Of a stretch of DNA of 64,000 nucleotides, positions 44,820 through 55,538 are shown piece after piece. The position numbers and the translations under genes were made by a program. The notes under the pieces were generated by a model. It ran no database searches. It was not told where the DNA came from and saw only the letters and a program-made list of their open reading frames with translations. Origin of the DNA: an uncultured Nitrososphaerota archaeon (GTDB taxonomy: Archaea > Korarchaeota > Korarchaeia > Korarchaeales > Korarchaeaceae). The stretch lies in the NCBI GenBank assembly GCA_964618805.1, contig CAZUBM010000007.1, forward strand, positions 30,183 to 94,182. Direction: 5' to 3'. How positions within the stretch are numbered: position 1 is the stretch's first letter; every line of letters begins with the position of its first letter.

Positions 44820-47564
44820 ATGAAACAGTTATTCCACAGAAAAGAAAGGGAAGTTCCAGAGAAAAGAAAGAAAAAGAGGACAATCGATGTTAAGGACCTG
44901 GAAGAGATTGTAGAACTTGTTGAGGGAGTTGCTTGGCGAGGCACAAAAGGGCAAAGATATATCGTTATCGAACCTGCTCCACCGGATCCGGAAGTATTTC
45001 AAAGGGCGAAAGATTATGTGCTTTCAAGATTGAGCTTTGAGGATTTAGCTAAGTTACAAAAATTATATGAATGGGGTGCTAAGAGAGCTCTTAAGGATCT
45101 TAAGAAGGAAATCGATGATAGCACTTTAAAATCCTTGATTTATTACTTGAAAAGAGATATAGAAGGTTTAGGAAAGTTAGAACCAATAATGAATGATCCA
45201 TATGTTGAGGACGTAACCCTTCCTGCAAGAGGAGGAAGGAAGCTCTTTGTTTACTTGGCTGGAAGAGGAGAGTGGCTGGAAACCAATATAGAACTTAGTG
45301 AGGAAGAGGCAAGACAAATTGTCCTTAAGCTTGCAGAAAGGGTTGGAAAACAAGTGTCATTAGCCGTTCCTAGATTGGAGGGTAAGCTGCCCGATGGATC
45401 AAGGGTACACGCACTTTATGGACCAGCTGTGAGCGAGGGAGGCACTATGTTAACCATCAGAAAGTTTGTCGTCAGACCTAGGATGGAGCAGCTTATCTCG
45501 TGGGGAGCCGTCTCTATAGAGGCAGCAGCTTATTTGTGGCTTCTAGCGGAGCACGGAGTGTCTGGATTCATTGTAGGAGAAACGGGCTCAGGAAAGACCA
45601 CATTTCTAAATGCTTTGCTGTCCCTTTTACCAAAATACGCTCATATCGTGACGGTTGAGGACACGCCCGAGATATATTTGCCAGATCACAAGAACTGGGC
45701 TTCTTTGATAGGTCAACCCCCTGGAATGGGGGTAAAGGGTATGGAGATTCCAGACCTCCTGAGAGATGTACTCAGAATGAGACCTGATTATGTGGTCGTG
45801 GGAGAATCAAGAGGTGCCGAAGTGAGATTGCTTGTACAATTCATACACATCGGCCACACAAGCTTCTGCCTTCCAAGAGACGAGCCTGTCTTAGTTGAAG
45901 TTGATGGAGAAGTTAAATTCGAGAAGATAGGAGAGATAGTAGAACGGGTAATTAGAGGAGAAATAAGGGACATTAAGGTTCCAGCTCTAAGCAAGGAAGG
46001 AAGAGTTGTTTGGGTCTCTGCCAGGTCAGCGATAAGGAAGGAAGGACCTAAGGAATTTGTTGAAATAGAAGCTAGGGGAGCACCTACTTTCAGGGCATCA
46101 ATTGGACATCCTGTTTATGTAATTAGAAGCGGAAAACCCCTACTAATACCAGCAGGAAAGGTCAGGCCTGGAGATAAGATCCCCGTGGCTGGAGACATTC
46201 CTGCTAAGATTTCAAAGAGAGAGATATATGTCACAGATCTCCTCAAATCAGAGGATAAATCAATCTACGTCAGAGGAGCTTCGGGCTTGCTTTATGAGCT
46301 AAAACCGTCACAACTAAGCAAACTTGCAGGGCGTAAGGTCGCCAATTCCAACATTTTCGACTGGAGAAAGAGAGGAAAGGCCTTTCCTCTAGATATTTAC
46401 GAGGCCATTGATCCAAAGGGTCGTTATAAAAGAGATATAGAGGTCATGTCTTGCTCCAGAGCAAAATGTTCTATACCAAATAGAATACCATTGAACTTTG
46501 ACTTTGGATATATAATAGGTCTCTTTCTAGCCGATGGAAGCGCTTCATACCTGAAGAATGGTTTGAGAATCAGTCTTAACCCAAGAAAAGACAAGAAAAT
46601 AGCTGACAAATTCAGAAGATCTGTAAAGAAAGTCTTTGGGCTTGAAACTAAGTGCTACCGAATGGAAAAGTCTTTAGAGCTAGTTGTTCATGCTGCAATT
46701 CTAGGAAAAGTGTTCAAAGCTTTGGGTCTCGAACTTTGTGACTCAGAGCGAAGAGTTCCTGATCTTGCATTCGAAGCTCCAAAGGAATTCAGGTTAGGGA
46801 TTCTTGTGGGCTACATAGAAGGCGATGGGCACATTAGAAGGCACGGCAAGAACTCCTATATGATTGTAGCTTATAGTTCAAGCCGTGAACTGGCCTATTC
46901 TTTAGCCTACCTGTGTAGGACTATTGGAATAGACGTATCAGTCAAGGAGAGAGATAGTAGCAGGAGCTATGCAGGGAGTGGACGAATATACATAATCAGG
47001 GTGTTAGGAGGAGAAGGTCTTGTCAAACTATCAAAAGCCCTTAACCTTCAGGAGCCCACTGTGGTTTCAAAGAAACCCGTCTATCTTGCTAAAGTAACAT
47101 CTATTAAGTTCTTGAGCCTTGATTCTCCCCTTTATGACTTTGAAGTACCTGGTTATGGGAACTTCGTGCATAGTGGTGGCATCATAACAAGTAATACCAC
47201 TTTCCATGCTAGCACAATAGAGGGAATTATATCTAGGCTAAAAGGAGATCCTATCAATCTTACAGACGAGCAAATTGCCGATTTTAAGGTTGCTGTGCTT
47301 CTTAGAAAAGAAGGGAATTTTAGAGGTATTGTGAGGATATCTGAGTTAAGCTATGATTCAACTACAGATGAGGTAGTCATGAGGGACATTTTTACTAGAA
47401 AGAGAGAGGGCGAATTGATCGGGAATCCAATTAAGAATAGTCATTTATTCATTGAAATAGCGGCCAACGAGGGAGTTCCTCGCAGCACAATAGTTAGGGA
47501 GTACATGAGTAAGGTTGAAGAGTTGAAAAAGAGAGCTGAGAGGGCGAGAAAGGAGGTTTCTTAA
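44820..47564 (+). CDS. type IV pilus assembly ATPase (VirB11/TadA/FlaI family), intein-containing
   Basis: Walker A GETGSGKTT, TVEDTPEI, LRMRPDYVVVGESRG, His box GHTSF|TTFHA split by the intein. Confidence 0.95.
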   Translation: MKQLFHRKEREVPEKRKKKRTIDVKDLEEIVELVEGVAWRGTKGQRYIVIEPAPPDPEVFQRAKDYVLSRLSFEDLAKLQKLYEWGAKRALKDLKKEIDDSTLKSLIYYLKRDIEGLGKLEPIMNDPYVEDVTLPARGGRKLFVYLAGRGEWLETNIELSEEEARQIVLKLAERVGKQVSLAVPRLEGKLPDGSRVHALYGPAVSEGGTMLTIRKFVVRPRMEQLISWGAVSIEAAAYLWLLAEHGVSGFIVGETGSGKTTFLNALLSLLPKYAHIVTVEDTPEIYLPDHKNWASLIGQPPGMGVKGMEIPDLLRDVLRMRPDYVVVGESRGAEVRLLVQFIHIGHTSFCLPRDEPVLVEVDGEVKFEKIGEIVERVIRGEIRDIKVPALSKEGRVVWVSARSAIRKEGPKEFVEIEARGAPTFRASIGHPVYVIRSGKPLLIPAGKVRPGDKIPVAGDIPAKISKREIYVTDLLKSEDKSIYVRGASGLLYELKPSQLSKLAGRKVANSNIFDWRKRGKAFPLDIYEAIDPKGRYKRDIEVMSCSRAKCSIPNRIPLNFDFGYIIGLFLADGSASYLKNGLRISLNPRKDKKIADKFRRSVKKVFGLETKCYRMEKSLELVVHAAILGKVFKALGLELCDSERRVPDLAFEAPKEFRLGILVGYIEGDGHIRRHGKNSYMIVAYSSSRELAYSLAYLCRTIGIDVSVKERDSSRSYAGSGRIYIIRVLGGEGLVKLSKALNLQEPTVVSKKPVYLAKVTSIKFLSLDSPLYDFEVPGYGNFVHSGGIITSNTTFHASTIEGIISRLKGDPINLTDEQIADFKVAVLLRKEGNFRGIVRISELSYDSTTDEVVMRDIFTRKREGELIGNPIKNSHLFIEIAANEGVPRSTIVREYMSKVEELKKRAERARKEVS
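45867..47195 (+). mobile_element. 443-aa intein with LAGLIDADG homing endonuclease
   Basis: block A CLPRDEPVLV, block B RASIGHPVYV, LAGLIDADG motifs YIIGLFLADGS and ILVGYIEGDGH, blocks F/G LYDFEVPGYGNFVHSGGIITSN, +1 Thr. Confidence 0.93.
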
Positions 47565-49159
47565 TGCCTTTTTTCGGCGAGGAATTCTTCATAAAGGCTG
47601 GAATGCCTGATCAAGATCCAAGAGAATTTCTTGCCAGGCTTTTTGCTGTGTGCGGGGTCATGTTGACCATAGCAGCCGTTCTCTATCGTACGGGATTTAT
47701 GAAGGATCCTGTACGTTTGGCGTTCATAGCAATCTTTCCATCCTTGTTTATGGCACTCACTCCTTTTTTGTCCTATTTGAATCTATCTAGCAAACTTGAG
47801 AAGGATCTTTGGGCTTATCTGGCTACTCTATGGATGTTGCAGAGGGTTGGTAAGTCCATTGGATCTTCCTTTAAGGCCATCAGCAACATAGCTGAGGATG
47901 TTGAAGTTAAAAAATACTTTCAAACAGTGTCGGCCAGGATGATGGCTGCTGGGACCATAGAAGGGCTTGACACAAACATCAGACTTTGTCCCAGCAGCAT
48001 ATGGAGAAGAATCTATTCTAGATTGCATGACTACTACTTCACTAGAGGAGAAGCTATTGATGAGATGCTCAAGCTTGAGCTAGATGAGTCCGTTGAAAAA
48101 ACCATGATGGATGTAAGGAGCAACATGGAAAGGCTTATGATGATCCTGATCATATACACGCTAACTTCAACTGCCTTTCCCTTCGTACTAATGCTGATGT
48201 TCACATTTCAATCCTTAGTATCAGGTTTTGGCGGAGGGGGGATGAGCAACCTAGTCCTAATGACCTCAGTCCTTCCATCTCCGTTTTTCGTCCTACTGTT
48301 TAAGATCCTTGCTCCAAGATACTTTTATTTCGAGAAGAAATCTGTTATAAAGGCCTGGCTATCTTTTCTTGCCGGTTTCCTAGGTGTTTACATAACCTTT
48401 ACAGTGCTGCTTCATAAGCTCCCCCCAAGTATCCAAATTAAATTGCTTAGACTTCCTGTCCCGGTTCTTACACTAAATTTGTGGCAGAGGCTTGCCCTCT
48501 CCATGTCCATAGGATCCTTGATAGGCTTCTTGCAGATCTTTAGAAAAGAGAGGAAGTTAAGGAGCGAAACGTTTGACTTTCCTCTATTCCTTCAAGACCT
48601 CTTCTCGGAGCTTAGAAGTGGGAGATCTTTCAGCGACGCAATATCTTACATGAAGATCACTTACAAGCCCCTAAAAGAGTTCGCAAGCAAGGTGAAGGCT
48701 TGGGCAAAATTGAAGCTTCCTTACACTGAGATATTGAAGAGGATGGCTGAGAGGCAGAAGCTTAGCGTCTCAAGGATGTCAACTCTCCTGATAATGACTG
48801 CTTTGGAGGCTGGAGCCGATCTTAAGGAGGCATTTTCATCTATCTCAGAGTTTGCCGTCAGGTTAAGGGAACTCTGGATAGAAACAGAAGGAGAGAAGAT
48901 GAGCAATTACTTTACTGCCATGTTTTCTTTCATGCTAGTGATCGGATCATATGCCATGCTCGTTAACGTCCTGAACATCCCTCTTCTAGCCCCACATGAG
49001 GCTGAAAAGATCAGAGAAGGAATAATGATGCAGGCATTCGTCCAGACATTGGTTATGGGAGGAACGCTAGGGCTAGTTAGGACAGGACATTTCACCTCCT
49101 CGCTTAGGGAACTTTTCATATTTTCCTTGCTTGCTTTCGTAGTCATGCTCATGATCTAG
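47564..49159 (+). CDS. pilus platform membrane protein (TadC/T2SSF/FlaJ family, two repeats)
   Basis: FPLFLQDLFSELRSGRSFSDAI, ALEAGADL; start overlaps the ATPase stop. Confidence 0.88.
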   Translation: MPFFGEEFFIKAGMPDQDPREFLARLFAVCGVMLTIAAVLYRTGFMKDPVRLAFIAIFPSLFMALTPFLSYLNLSSKLEKDLWAYLATLWMLQRVGKSIGSSFKAISNIAEDVEVKKYFQTVSARMMAAGTIEGLDTNIRLCPSSIWRRIYSRLHDYYFTRGEAIDEMLKLELDESVEKTMMDVRSNMERLMMILIIYTLTSTAFPFVLMLMFTFQSLVSGFGGGGMSNLVLMTSVLPSPFFVLLFKILAPRYFYFEKKSVIKAWLSFLAGFLGVYITFTVLLHKLPPSIQIKLLRLPVPVLTLNLWQRLALSMSIGSLIGFLQIFRKERKLRSETFDFPLFLQDLFSELRSGRSFSDAISYMKITYKPLKEFASKVKAWAKLKLPYTEILKRMAERQKLSVSRMSTLLIMTALEAGADLKEAFSSISEFAVRLRELWIETEGEKMSNYFTAMFSFMLVIGSYAMLVNVLNIPLLAPHEAEKIREGIMMQAFVQTLVMGGTLGLVRTGHFTSSLRELFIFSLLAFVVMLMI

Positions 49160-49210
49160 CCCTGTCCTCTTTTAGATCCAACCTATAAAAGATCTCATAT
49201 GAGAAGGGAT

Positions 49211-49431
49211 CTAGAGCCTTATTGACAGGATTTTTACGTCGACGTTCAAGTAATCCTTGAAATCCCAGCATAGATCCTCGAAGTAATCGTATAGACCGCT
49301 GTAGTACAATAAGTGCTGCTCATCTTCACGATAAGAACATCATTCTCAATTGAAATAAGCTCAGCAGTAGCTTCTGGGCTCCTAAATTTGTTGAATTCCT
49401 TTATTGTCGCTAAAACTTTGTTCTTAATCAT
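49211..49431 (-). pseudogene. conserved archaeal hypothetical (RSPEA...CxxCGxYDYFED type), frameshifted
   Basis: FNKFRSPEATAELISI...YCTT, then a shifted frame GLYDYFEDLCWDFKD; one base missing near 49300. Confidence 0.65.
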
Positions 49432-49475
49432 CGAGGGGTTAAACTTAGCGTGAATAAAAAGCTAAAAACCTTATA

Positions 49476-50195
49476 TCAAGGAACCTGATCTAAAACCACA
49501 TCAAGCTTCTTCTTAGGCTCTAATGCCTTGCCATCAAAGTTCAAACAATATGCTATTACGTTAACTCCTGCCTCATATGCTCGCTTAAGGTTCCTTGAGA
49601 ATTTTGGATCCATTTCCCAATTAGGTGAAAACTTCTCAGCATCCCCTCTTACCACCAAGAACAGCATGCTGGCCTCAAAACCCTCCCTCTTTGCGTTCAT
49701 TAACTCCAAAACGTGTCTGCTCCCCCTTTCTGTAGGGGCATCTGGGAATAGGGCTACTCCATCCCTAACTAGGGTACATCCCTTCACTTCAAGCAAGCCC
49801 TTCTTCACCCCCCTTTCTAAAAGAAAGTCTATTCTGCTCTTTCCGTACTTCCACTCTGTCTTCTTGATGCTCCAACCCCTCAATTCCTCTATATGTCCGG
49901 CTTCTATAAGCCATCTAGCGATTTTTGAATGAAGAGATGAGTTAACAAGCGCCCAAGTTCCGTTTGATTTAATGCCTATGACCTCTCCTCTGGTTTTTCT
50001 GTCGATGCCTTCTGTCTTTCTAAGAACTACCTCCCTCCCTCTGATTAACAGCTCAGTTAGCCTCCCCGGATCCCTAAGATGGCACCTCAATACCTCCCCA
50101 TTCACCATGATCACGGCTGTAAACCTGTTTGGTCTAGATAGGAATGTCCCTCTGATCAAGGGACCTTCTATGATGTACTTAGAGCCTAAGGACAT
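49476..50195 (-). CDS. sfsA: SfsA DNA/RNA nuclease family protein
   Basis: RPNRF, DPGRLTELL, SRIDFLL, EVKGCTL, FPDAPTERGSRH. Confidence 0.95.
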   Translation of the reverse strand: MSLGSKYIIEGPLIRGTFLSRPNRFTAVIMVNGEVLRCHLRDPGRLTELLIRGREVVLRKTEGIDRKTRGEVIGIKSNGTWALVNSSLHSKIARWLIEAGHIEELRGWSIKKTEWKYGKSRIDFLLERGVKKGLLEVKGCTLVRDGVALFPDAPTERGSRHVLELMNAKREGFEASMLFLVVRGDAEKFSPNWEMDPKFSRNLKRAYEAGVNVIAYCLNFDGKALEPKKKLDVVLDQVP

Positions 50196-50234
50196 CTTAG
50201 ATACCTTCTCATCTCTGACTTGTGAGGTCAGCTG

Positions 50235-51404
50235 CTATCTTATAACAAAATCTGACATGCGTAGCATCAATATAAGGGCCATTACATCAAATAACGTTGC
50301 GATGAAAAGGGAGGAGGCTATGTCCAAGTGATCGACCAAGGCTCCAGCAGCTACATTGCCTAGAGCTGCGAATAAAGAGGAGATCGCTTGAATCGTACCG
50401 ATGTCGGTTGCTCTGCCCTTAGGATTTGAGACCTTCACCTTTAGAGACATGAGGGCGGCATACTCAAGGTTTCCTATAGGAATTGCCCACAGGACTGCGA
50501 AGAGAAAGGGGCTATTTGTTAACGCCATCAAAGGGAGGTAAATCATGTAAGCTGATAGGGAAGTTATCGCAGATTTCCTTGCACCAAACCTATCTACTGC
50601 TCTTCCGTAAAGAGGAGAAGTTATTATGCCAGCTAAACCAGCAAAGCTGAGAACGATCGTGTAGATTGTCTTTGATCTTCCCAAAAGGATGTACATCTTC
50701 ATCACTGCAGGCAGACCGAAGAACGCGCTTCTTAATGCGGTAAATACCGAAAGTATAGTTAATTTCCAAGCTTTTGGATTTAGATCGAATGAGATGGTCT
50801 TTAGCACAATTTTTCTTGGATCTATTCGATGAACTTTTCTCTCACCTACCTCTTGGTAGGTAAACAGGAAGATAGTTGATGCGATGATCGTTCCCAAACT
50901 GCCAAGGAGGAATGCGGCATTAATGCTATAATGCTCGACGAACCAGCCGCTAAACATCCCTCCAGATGTCCAAGCTGCAGAAGTAGCAAAAGAATAATCT
51001 CCAAAGGCTCTTCCAAGTCTTGTAGATGTAGAAGCTATCGTTGCTGGCAATATCCCAGCTTCAAGCGAAAAAAAGGAGCTTATGACCCTTATTATCAGGA
51101 AATCCCTTGGGCTATCTGCTATGAAGGCATAGGCAAGGAAGAAGGGTATGGAAAGCAGGAAGGATAGCAAGATAAATGGCTTCCTTCTCTCCATGGAATC
51201 GCTGATGGCTCCCCAAAATCTTGATGATATCAAGCTTATCATAGAAGGTAGGGCCCTAAAGGAACCTAGAAGGGTAAAGGATGCACCTAAATCATACAAA
51301 TATGGCGTAAGGATGGTATTCGGTATAGAATCAAAAAAGCCCTTAAGCGAGCTTGAAACTGCTATAGAATTGAAATTCCGCCTATTTTCATCCCTAAAGG
51401 ACAT
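50235..51404 (-). CDS. MFS transporter
   Basis: WGAISDSMERRK and GRAVDRFGARK motif A; about 12 TM. Confidence 0.9.
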   Translation of the reverse strand: MSFRDENRRNFNSIAVSSSLKGFFDSIPNTILTPYLYDLGASFTLLGSFRALPSMISLISSRFWGAISDSMERRKPFILLSFLLSIPFFLAYAFIADSPRDFLIIRVISSFFSLEAGILPATIASTSTRLGRAFGDYSFATSAAWTSGGMFSGWFVEHYSINAAFLLGSLGTIIASTIFLFTYQEVGERKVHRIDPRKIVLKTISFDLNPKAWKLTILSVFTALRSAFFGLPAVMKMYILLGRSKTIYTIVLSFAGLAGIITSPLYGRAVDRFGARKSAITSLSAYMIYLPLMALTNSPFLFAVLWAIPIGNLEYAALMSLKVKVSNPKGRATDIGTIQAISSLFAALGNVAAGALVDHLDIASSLFIATLFDVMALILMLRMSDFVIR

Positions 51405-51444
51405 CTGATGTCTTAGGGGCTTTTGGAAGTCCGTATTAAAAATA

Positions 51445-52200
51445 TTAATTCTTCATGCTTGAACGATTGTTCCCGCACACCGGACAGTCTGGCCTTCTCT
51501 CCACCTCTATCACGCTAAAAGTCATGTCTTCAAGGTCCGTTATGAGAAGTCTTCCTATTAGCGGCTTTCCTATGCCGGTTATCAGTTTAATCGCTTCCAG
51601 TGCCTCTATACATCCAACAGTTCCTGCAGTTGCTCCCAATATCGGGAATTTTTCTTCGGGGACAGGAGGCTCTGGAACAATGCATTCTAAGCATGGAGAT
51701 CTTTTAGAAACTATCGTTGTTGCCTGTCCTACTAGTCCTCTAACTGCCGCGTGCACAAAGGGCTTTCCATGCATCACGCAATACTCGTTGATGATATACC
51801 TAGTTTCATAGTTATCCAGTCCGTCCACAACCACATCAACTTCGACCAAGACCTCTGAAACATTTTCCCTTGATATCTTGACGGAAACAGGCTCAATGAT
51901 TATGTCGGAGTTAAATTCTCTCAATTTTTCTGCTGCGGACTGAGCTTTTGTTTTTGAAAAATCACTTTCCCAATGTATTATTTGTCTATTTAGGTTGCTT
52001 AACTCGGGCTTCTCTGGATCTATCAGGACAAGCCTTCCAATACCGGCTCCAGCCAGGTAAAAGGCAGCAGGGCTTCCCAAGCCTCCTATCCCAACTATTG
52101 CAACAGATGCTTTCTTTAGCTTCTCCTGACCAGCCTTACCTATCATTAGAAGCTGCCTATCGTATCTTATAAGGTCTCTAGAAGTGAGAATGCCGCTCAT
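51445..52200 (-). CDS. moeB: ThiF/MoeB/UbaA-family E1-like adenylyltransferase
   Basis: RYDRQ, GIGGLG, SNLNRQ, DGLDN, CLEC and CPVC. Confidence 0.88.
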   Translation of the reverse strand: MSGILTSRDLIRYDRQLLMIGKAGQEKLKKASVAIVGIGGLGSPAAFYLAGAGIGRLVLIDPEKPELSNLNRQIIHWESDFSKTKAQSAAEKLREFNSDIIIEPVSVKISRENVSEVLVEVDVVVDGLDNYETRYIINEYCVMHGKPFVHAAVRGLVGQATTIVSKRSPCLECIVPEPPVPEEKFPILGATAGTVGCIEALEAIKLITGIGKPLIGRLLITDLEDMTFSVIEVERRPDCPVCGNNRSSMKN

Positions 52201-52265
52201 CCTCTGCTTCATCTTGATTTGATATATGCATCAAACGTAATAAATGCACTTGCCTATCTTCCAAG

Positions 52266-53540
52266 ATGTCCCACAAGTGGAAGGGTTTTAAAAGGATCAA
52301 AAGGGTGGACGAGGCCTTAAATACCTTCATCAGCTCTCTTAAGCTAAGACCTACTGAAGCAGAGCTTGTGAGGTTGGATTTTGCCCTTGATAGAGTCTTA
52401 GCGGAGGATATAATAGCTGAAGAAGATGTTCCTCCTTTTAACAGGGCTGCCATGGATGGATACGCTGTTAGAGCTGAGGATACATATGGTGCCTCTAAGC
52501 ACTCGCCAATCGTGCTTAAGGTAATAGGAGATATTCCGGCAGGGGAGGCTGTAAGCCTTGAAGTTAGAGCAGGGGAGACTGTAAGGATCCATACTGGAGC
52601 AGCTTTACCAAAAGGGGCTGATGCTGTTGTAGAGGTGGAAAATGCTGAGGAAAGTGGGGGAATGGTGAGGATTTATGAGCAAGTTCCGCCGTTCCGGAAC
52701 GTTTCAAGGAAGGGTGAGGACATAAAAGAAGGAGAAGTCTTGCTCAAGAAAGGAAGGTTAATAGGGCCTTTTGAACTTGGTCTGCTTGCCATTCTCAATA
52801 AGAAGGAAGTTTTTGTCCGAAAAAAGCCAGTTGTGTGCATGATAAGCACTGGACATGAGCTAATTGAGGTAGGATGTCAGAGCGCCCATGGAAAAATTGT
52901 AAATTCCAACAGGTGGCTCGTCAAAGGGATCGTAGAGAGGCATGGTGGCCTGTTTTCTTACAAGGGAATAGTTGCTGATGAAGTTGAGGAGCTTGCAGAG
53001 AGGATAAGCGAGTGCAAAGAAGCGAACATAGTTATAACAAGCGGAGGGACGAGTGTGGGGACCTCTGATTTCGTTCCTGAAGCCCTAGAAAGGCTAGGAG
53101 GAAAGATAATTGTTCATGGGGTTGGCGTTATGCCAGGCAAGCCGACCCTTCTTGCAATCCTTCCCGATGGAAGGCCTTTCATAGGACTTCCTGGCTATCC
53201 AGTATCTGCCGCGGTGGCTTCGCTCCTATTCCTAGTCCCTCTAATTGAAAGGTTTCTTGGGATCGAAGGAGAAAGGGTGATAAACGCCTTAAGGGCCAGA
53301 TTGAAAGGAAAGGTACCATCGAAGCCAGGGACCTTGCACTTTGCTAGGGTTAAGCTGAAGAGAGAGGGTGATGAGTGGATAGCAATCCCAGTTAGAGTAT
53401 CTGGTGCAGGAATTATGAGTTCTTTGGTGAAAGCAGATGCATTTCTCATAGTTCCTGAGGAAGTGGAGGGCTACAAAGAGGGGGATATCGTAGAGGTTAT
53501 CCCATTCAAGCGTTATTTACTGACAAATGCATTCAAATAA
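52266..53540 (+). CDS. moeA: molybdopterin molybdotransferase MoeA
   Basis: PPFNRAAMDGYA, IHTGA, STGHEL, TSGGTSVG, PGKP, GLPGYP. Confidence 0.95.
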   Translation: MSHKWKGFKRIKRVDEALNTFISSLKLRPTEAELVRLDFALDRVLAEDIIAEEDVPPFNRAAMDGYAVRAEDTYGASKHSPIVLKVIGDIPAGEAVSLEVRAGETVRIHTGAALPKGADAVVEVENAEESGGMVRIYEQVPPFRNVSRKGEDIKEGEVLLKKGRLIGPFELGLLAILNKKEVFVRKKPVVCMISTGHELIEVGCQSAHGKIVNSNRWLVKGIVERHGGLFSYKGIVADEVEELAERISECKEANIVITSGGTSVGTSDFVPEALERLGGKIIVHGVGVMPGKPTLLAILPDGRPFIGLPGYPVSAAVASLLFLVPLIERFLGIEGERVINALRARLKGKVPSKPGTLHFARVKLKREGDEWIAIPVRVSGAGIMSSLVKADAFLIVPEEVEGYKEGDIVEVIPFKRYLLTNAFK

Positions 53541-53559
53541 CATTCAGTGAGGGATTTGG

Positions 53560-55536
53560 ATGGGAGAAAGGAAGGAATTTAGAAGGCTAGCCAAGATTGA
53601 AGAAGTTTCCCACTTAATAGAATCTTACTACTCATACGTTCCAGAAGTAGAGGATGTTCCCATTGAGAACGCTGTTGGCAGGGTTTTGGCGGAGGACATA
53701 GTCTCAGAGGTAGAAGTTCCATCGTTTGATAGGGCCATGTACGATGGATATGCCCTAAGAGCTGAGGACACTTTCGGAGCAGATGAAGGGAATCCTGTAA
53801 CTTTAAGGATTGTTGGCGTTGCTGAGGCTGGAAAACCTTTTCGAGGGTTTGTATCTGAGGGAGAGGCAGTTGAGGTAGCTACAGGGGCTGTCATCCCTCC
53901 GGGAGCAAATGCTGTTGTTCCTGTGGAGAGAACGGAAATTAGGGAAGATCTCCTCCTTGTTTTCAAATCAGTTGCTCCTGGCATGAACATACAGGGTGCG
54001 GGAACTGACGTAGCCGCAGGAGAGATCCTGCTACACTCAGGTAGCCTGCTAGGACCTAGGGAAATAGGATTGCTTGCTGCTATAGGCAGAACAAAGGTAA
54101 AAGCGATAAAGAAGCCTGTTGTAGCTATTTTTAGCACCGGAAATGAGCTTGTTTCGCCTGGAAATTCTTTGGATTATGGGAAGATATATGACATCAACTC
54201 ATACACTATTTCAACATCTGTTCGGCAGGATGGAGGAGAACCTAGGGTTATGGGGATATTGCCAGATGATCTAGGATCCATCTTAGATGGGATAAAGGGG
54301 GCTCTCAAATGGGCTGACTTGGTGATAATATCGGGCAGTACAAGTGCTGGAGCTGGTGATGTAGTATATAAAGCAATAGAGAAGGCAGGAAAACCAGGAG
54401 TGCTTGTTCATGGCGTTGCTATGAAGCCTGGAAAGCCCTTTGTTTTAGGCATCGTTGGAAATAAGTTCGTCATAGGGTTACCTGGCTACCCAACTAGCGC
54501 TCTCATCACCTATAGGAAATTCATATCTCCTTTGGTGCGAAGAATGGCAGGAATTCAAGCCCTTAAGCCAGTCCCAATAAAGGCAAAAATGGGTAGAAGA
54601 GTACGTTCCTCGATTGGGAGGAGGAACTTTCTTCCAGTTGCATTACTCTCGGATGAAAAGGGAGAGGCATTAGCCTTTCCAATACCAACGGGATCTGAGG
54701 CCATATCGACCTTAAGTAGGGCAGATGGGTATATAGAGATACCAGAGAGCGTAGAATACGTGGAGAAGGGAGAAGAAGTGTTTGTCATACCATTTCAGGA
54801 GGGTATAAGGCCAGCTGACCTTGGATTTATCGGAAGCCATTGCCCAGGAGCCGATCTCCTCCTTTCAATGCTCAAGAAGGAGGAAAATCTTAGGATAGTT
54901 CGTGTAAATGTGGGATCCTTGGGGGGTTTTGAGGCCATCAGGTCCGGAGAAGCAGATGTCTCAGGAGTTCATGCCCTAGACCCAAGGACGGGAACATATA
55001 ACGTTAATTTCTTGGAAAATTACTTGTTAAAGGGGGTTGCCAAGCTCATTAGGGGATATGAGCGTGTACAGGGACTAATTGTTGCAAAAGGGAATCCGAA
55101 AGGAATTAGAGGAGTAGAGGATTTGTTAAGGGTCGACGTAAGGTTCGTGAACAGAAACAAGGGGTCAGGAACGAGGATTCTGTTGGATCATCTGCTCATG
55201 GAGTTAGCTTCGGAGAAAAATATTCCTTTTGAAACGCTAAGAGATCAAATAAAAGGCTATAGATTCGAAAGAAAAACTCATTCTGGCCTTGCTGAAGCGG
55301 TGGTAAGAGGGGAAGCGGATGTTGGCTTGGGCATAGAGTATGTAGCAAGGATCAAGGGGTTAGACTTTATTCCACTAACGACCGAGAGATATGATTTCCT
55401 CGTAAGGATGGATAGATTGAATAAACGCCCAGTTAAACTGTTTCTTCAAGTTCTTAGATCAGATGAATTCATAAATAGGCTCTCCAACATGCCCGGATAC
55501 ATAGTTAGCGAGGACATTGGTTCCCTTGTAGAGTAA
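53560..55536 (+). CDS. moeA: MoeA fused to a periplasmic-binding-protein-like domain (archaeal MoeA-2)
   Basis: MoeA motifs plus GSHC, VGSLGG, VNRNKGSGTR, ERYDF. Confidence 0.95.
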   Translation: MGERKEFRRLAKIEEVSHLIESYYSYVPEVEDVPIENAVGRVLAEDIVSEVEVPSFDRAMYDGYALRAEDTFGADEGNPVTLRIVGVAEAGKPFRGFVSEGEAVEVATGAVIPPGANAVVPVERTEIREDLLLVFKSVAPGMNIQGAGTDVAAGEILLHSGSLLGPREIGLLAAIGRTKVKAIKKPVVAIFSTGNELVSPGNSLDYGKIYDINSYTISTSVRQDGGEPRVMGILPDDLGSILDGIKGALKWADLVIISGSTSAGAGDVVYKAIEKAGKPGVLVHGVAMKPGKPFVLGIVGNKFVIGLPGYPTSALITYRKFISPLVRRMAGIQALKPVPIKAKMGRRVRSSIGRRNFLPVALLSDEKGEALAFPIPTGSEAISTLSRADGYIEIPESVEYVEKGEEVFVIPFQEGIRPADLGFIGSHCPGADLLLSMLKKEENLRIVRVNVGSLGGFEAIRSGEADVSGVHALDPRTGTYNVNFLENYLLKGVAKLIRGYERVQGLIVAKGNPKGIRGVEDLLRVDVRFVNRNKGSGTRILLDHLLMELASEKNIPFETLRDQIKGYRFERKTHSGLAEAVVRGEADVGLGIEYVARIKGLDFIPLTTERYDFLVRMDRLNKRPVKLFLQVLRSDEFINRLSNMPGYIVSEDIGSLVE

Positions 55537-55538
55537 GG

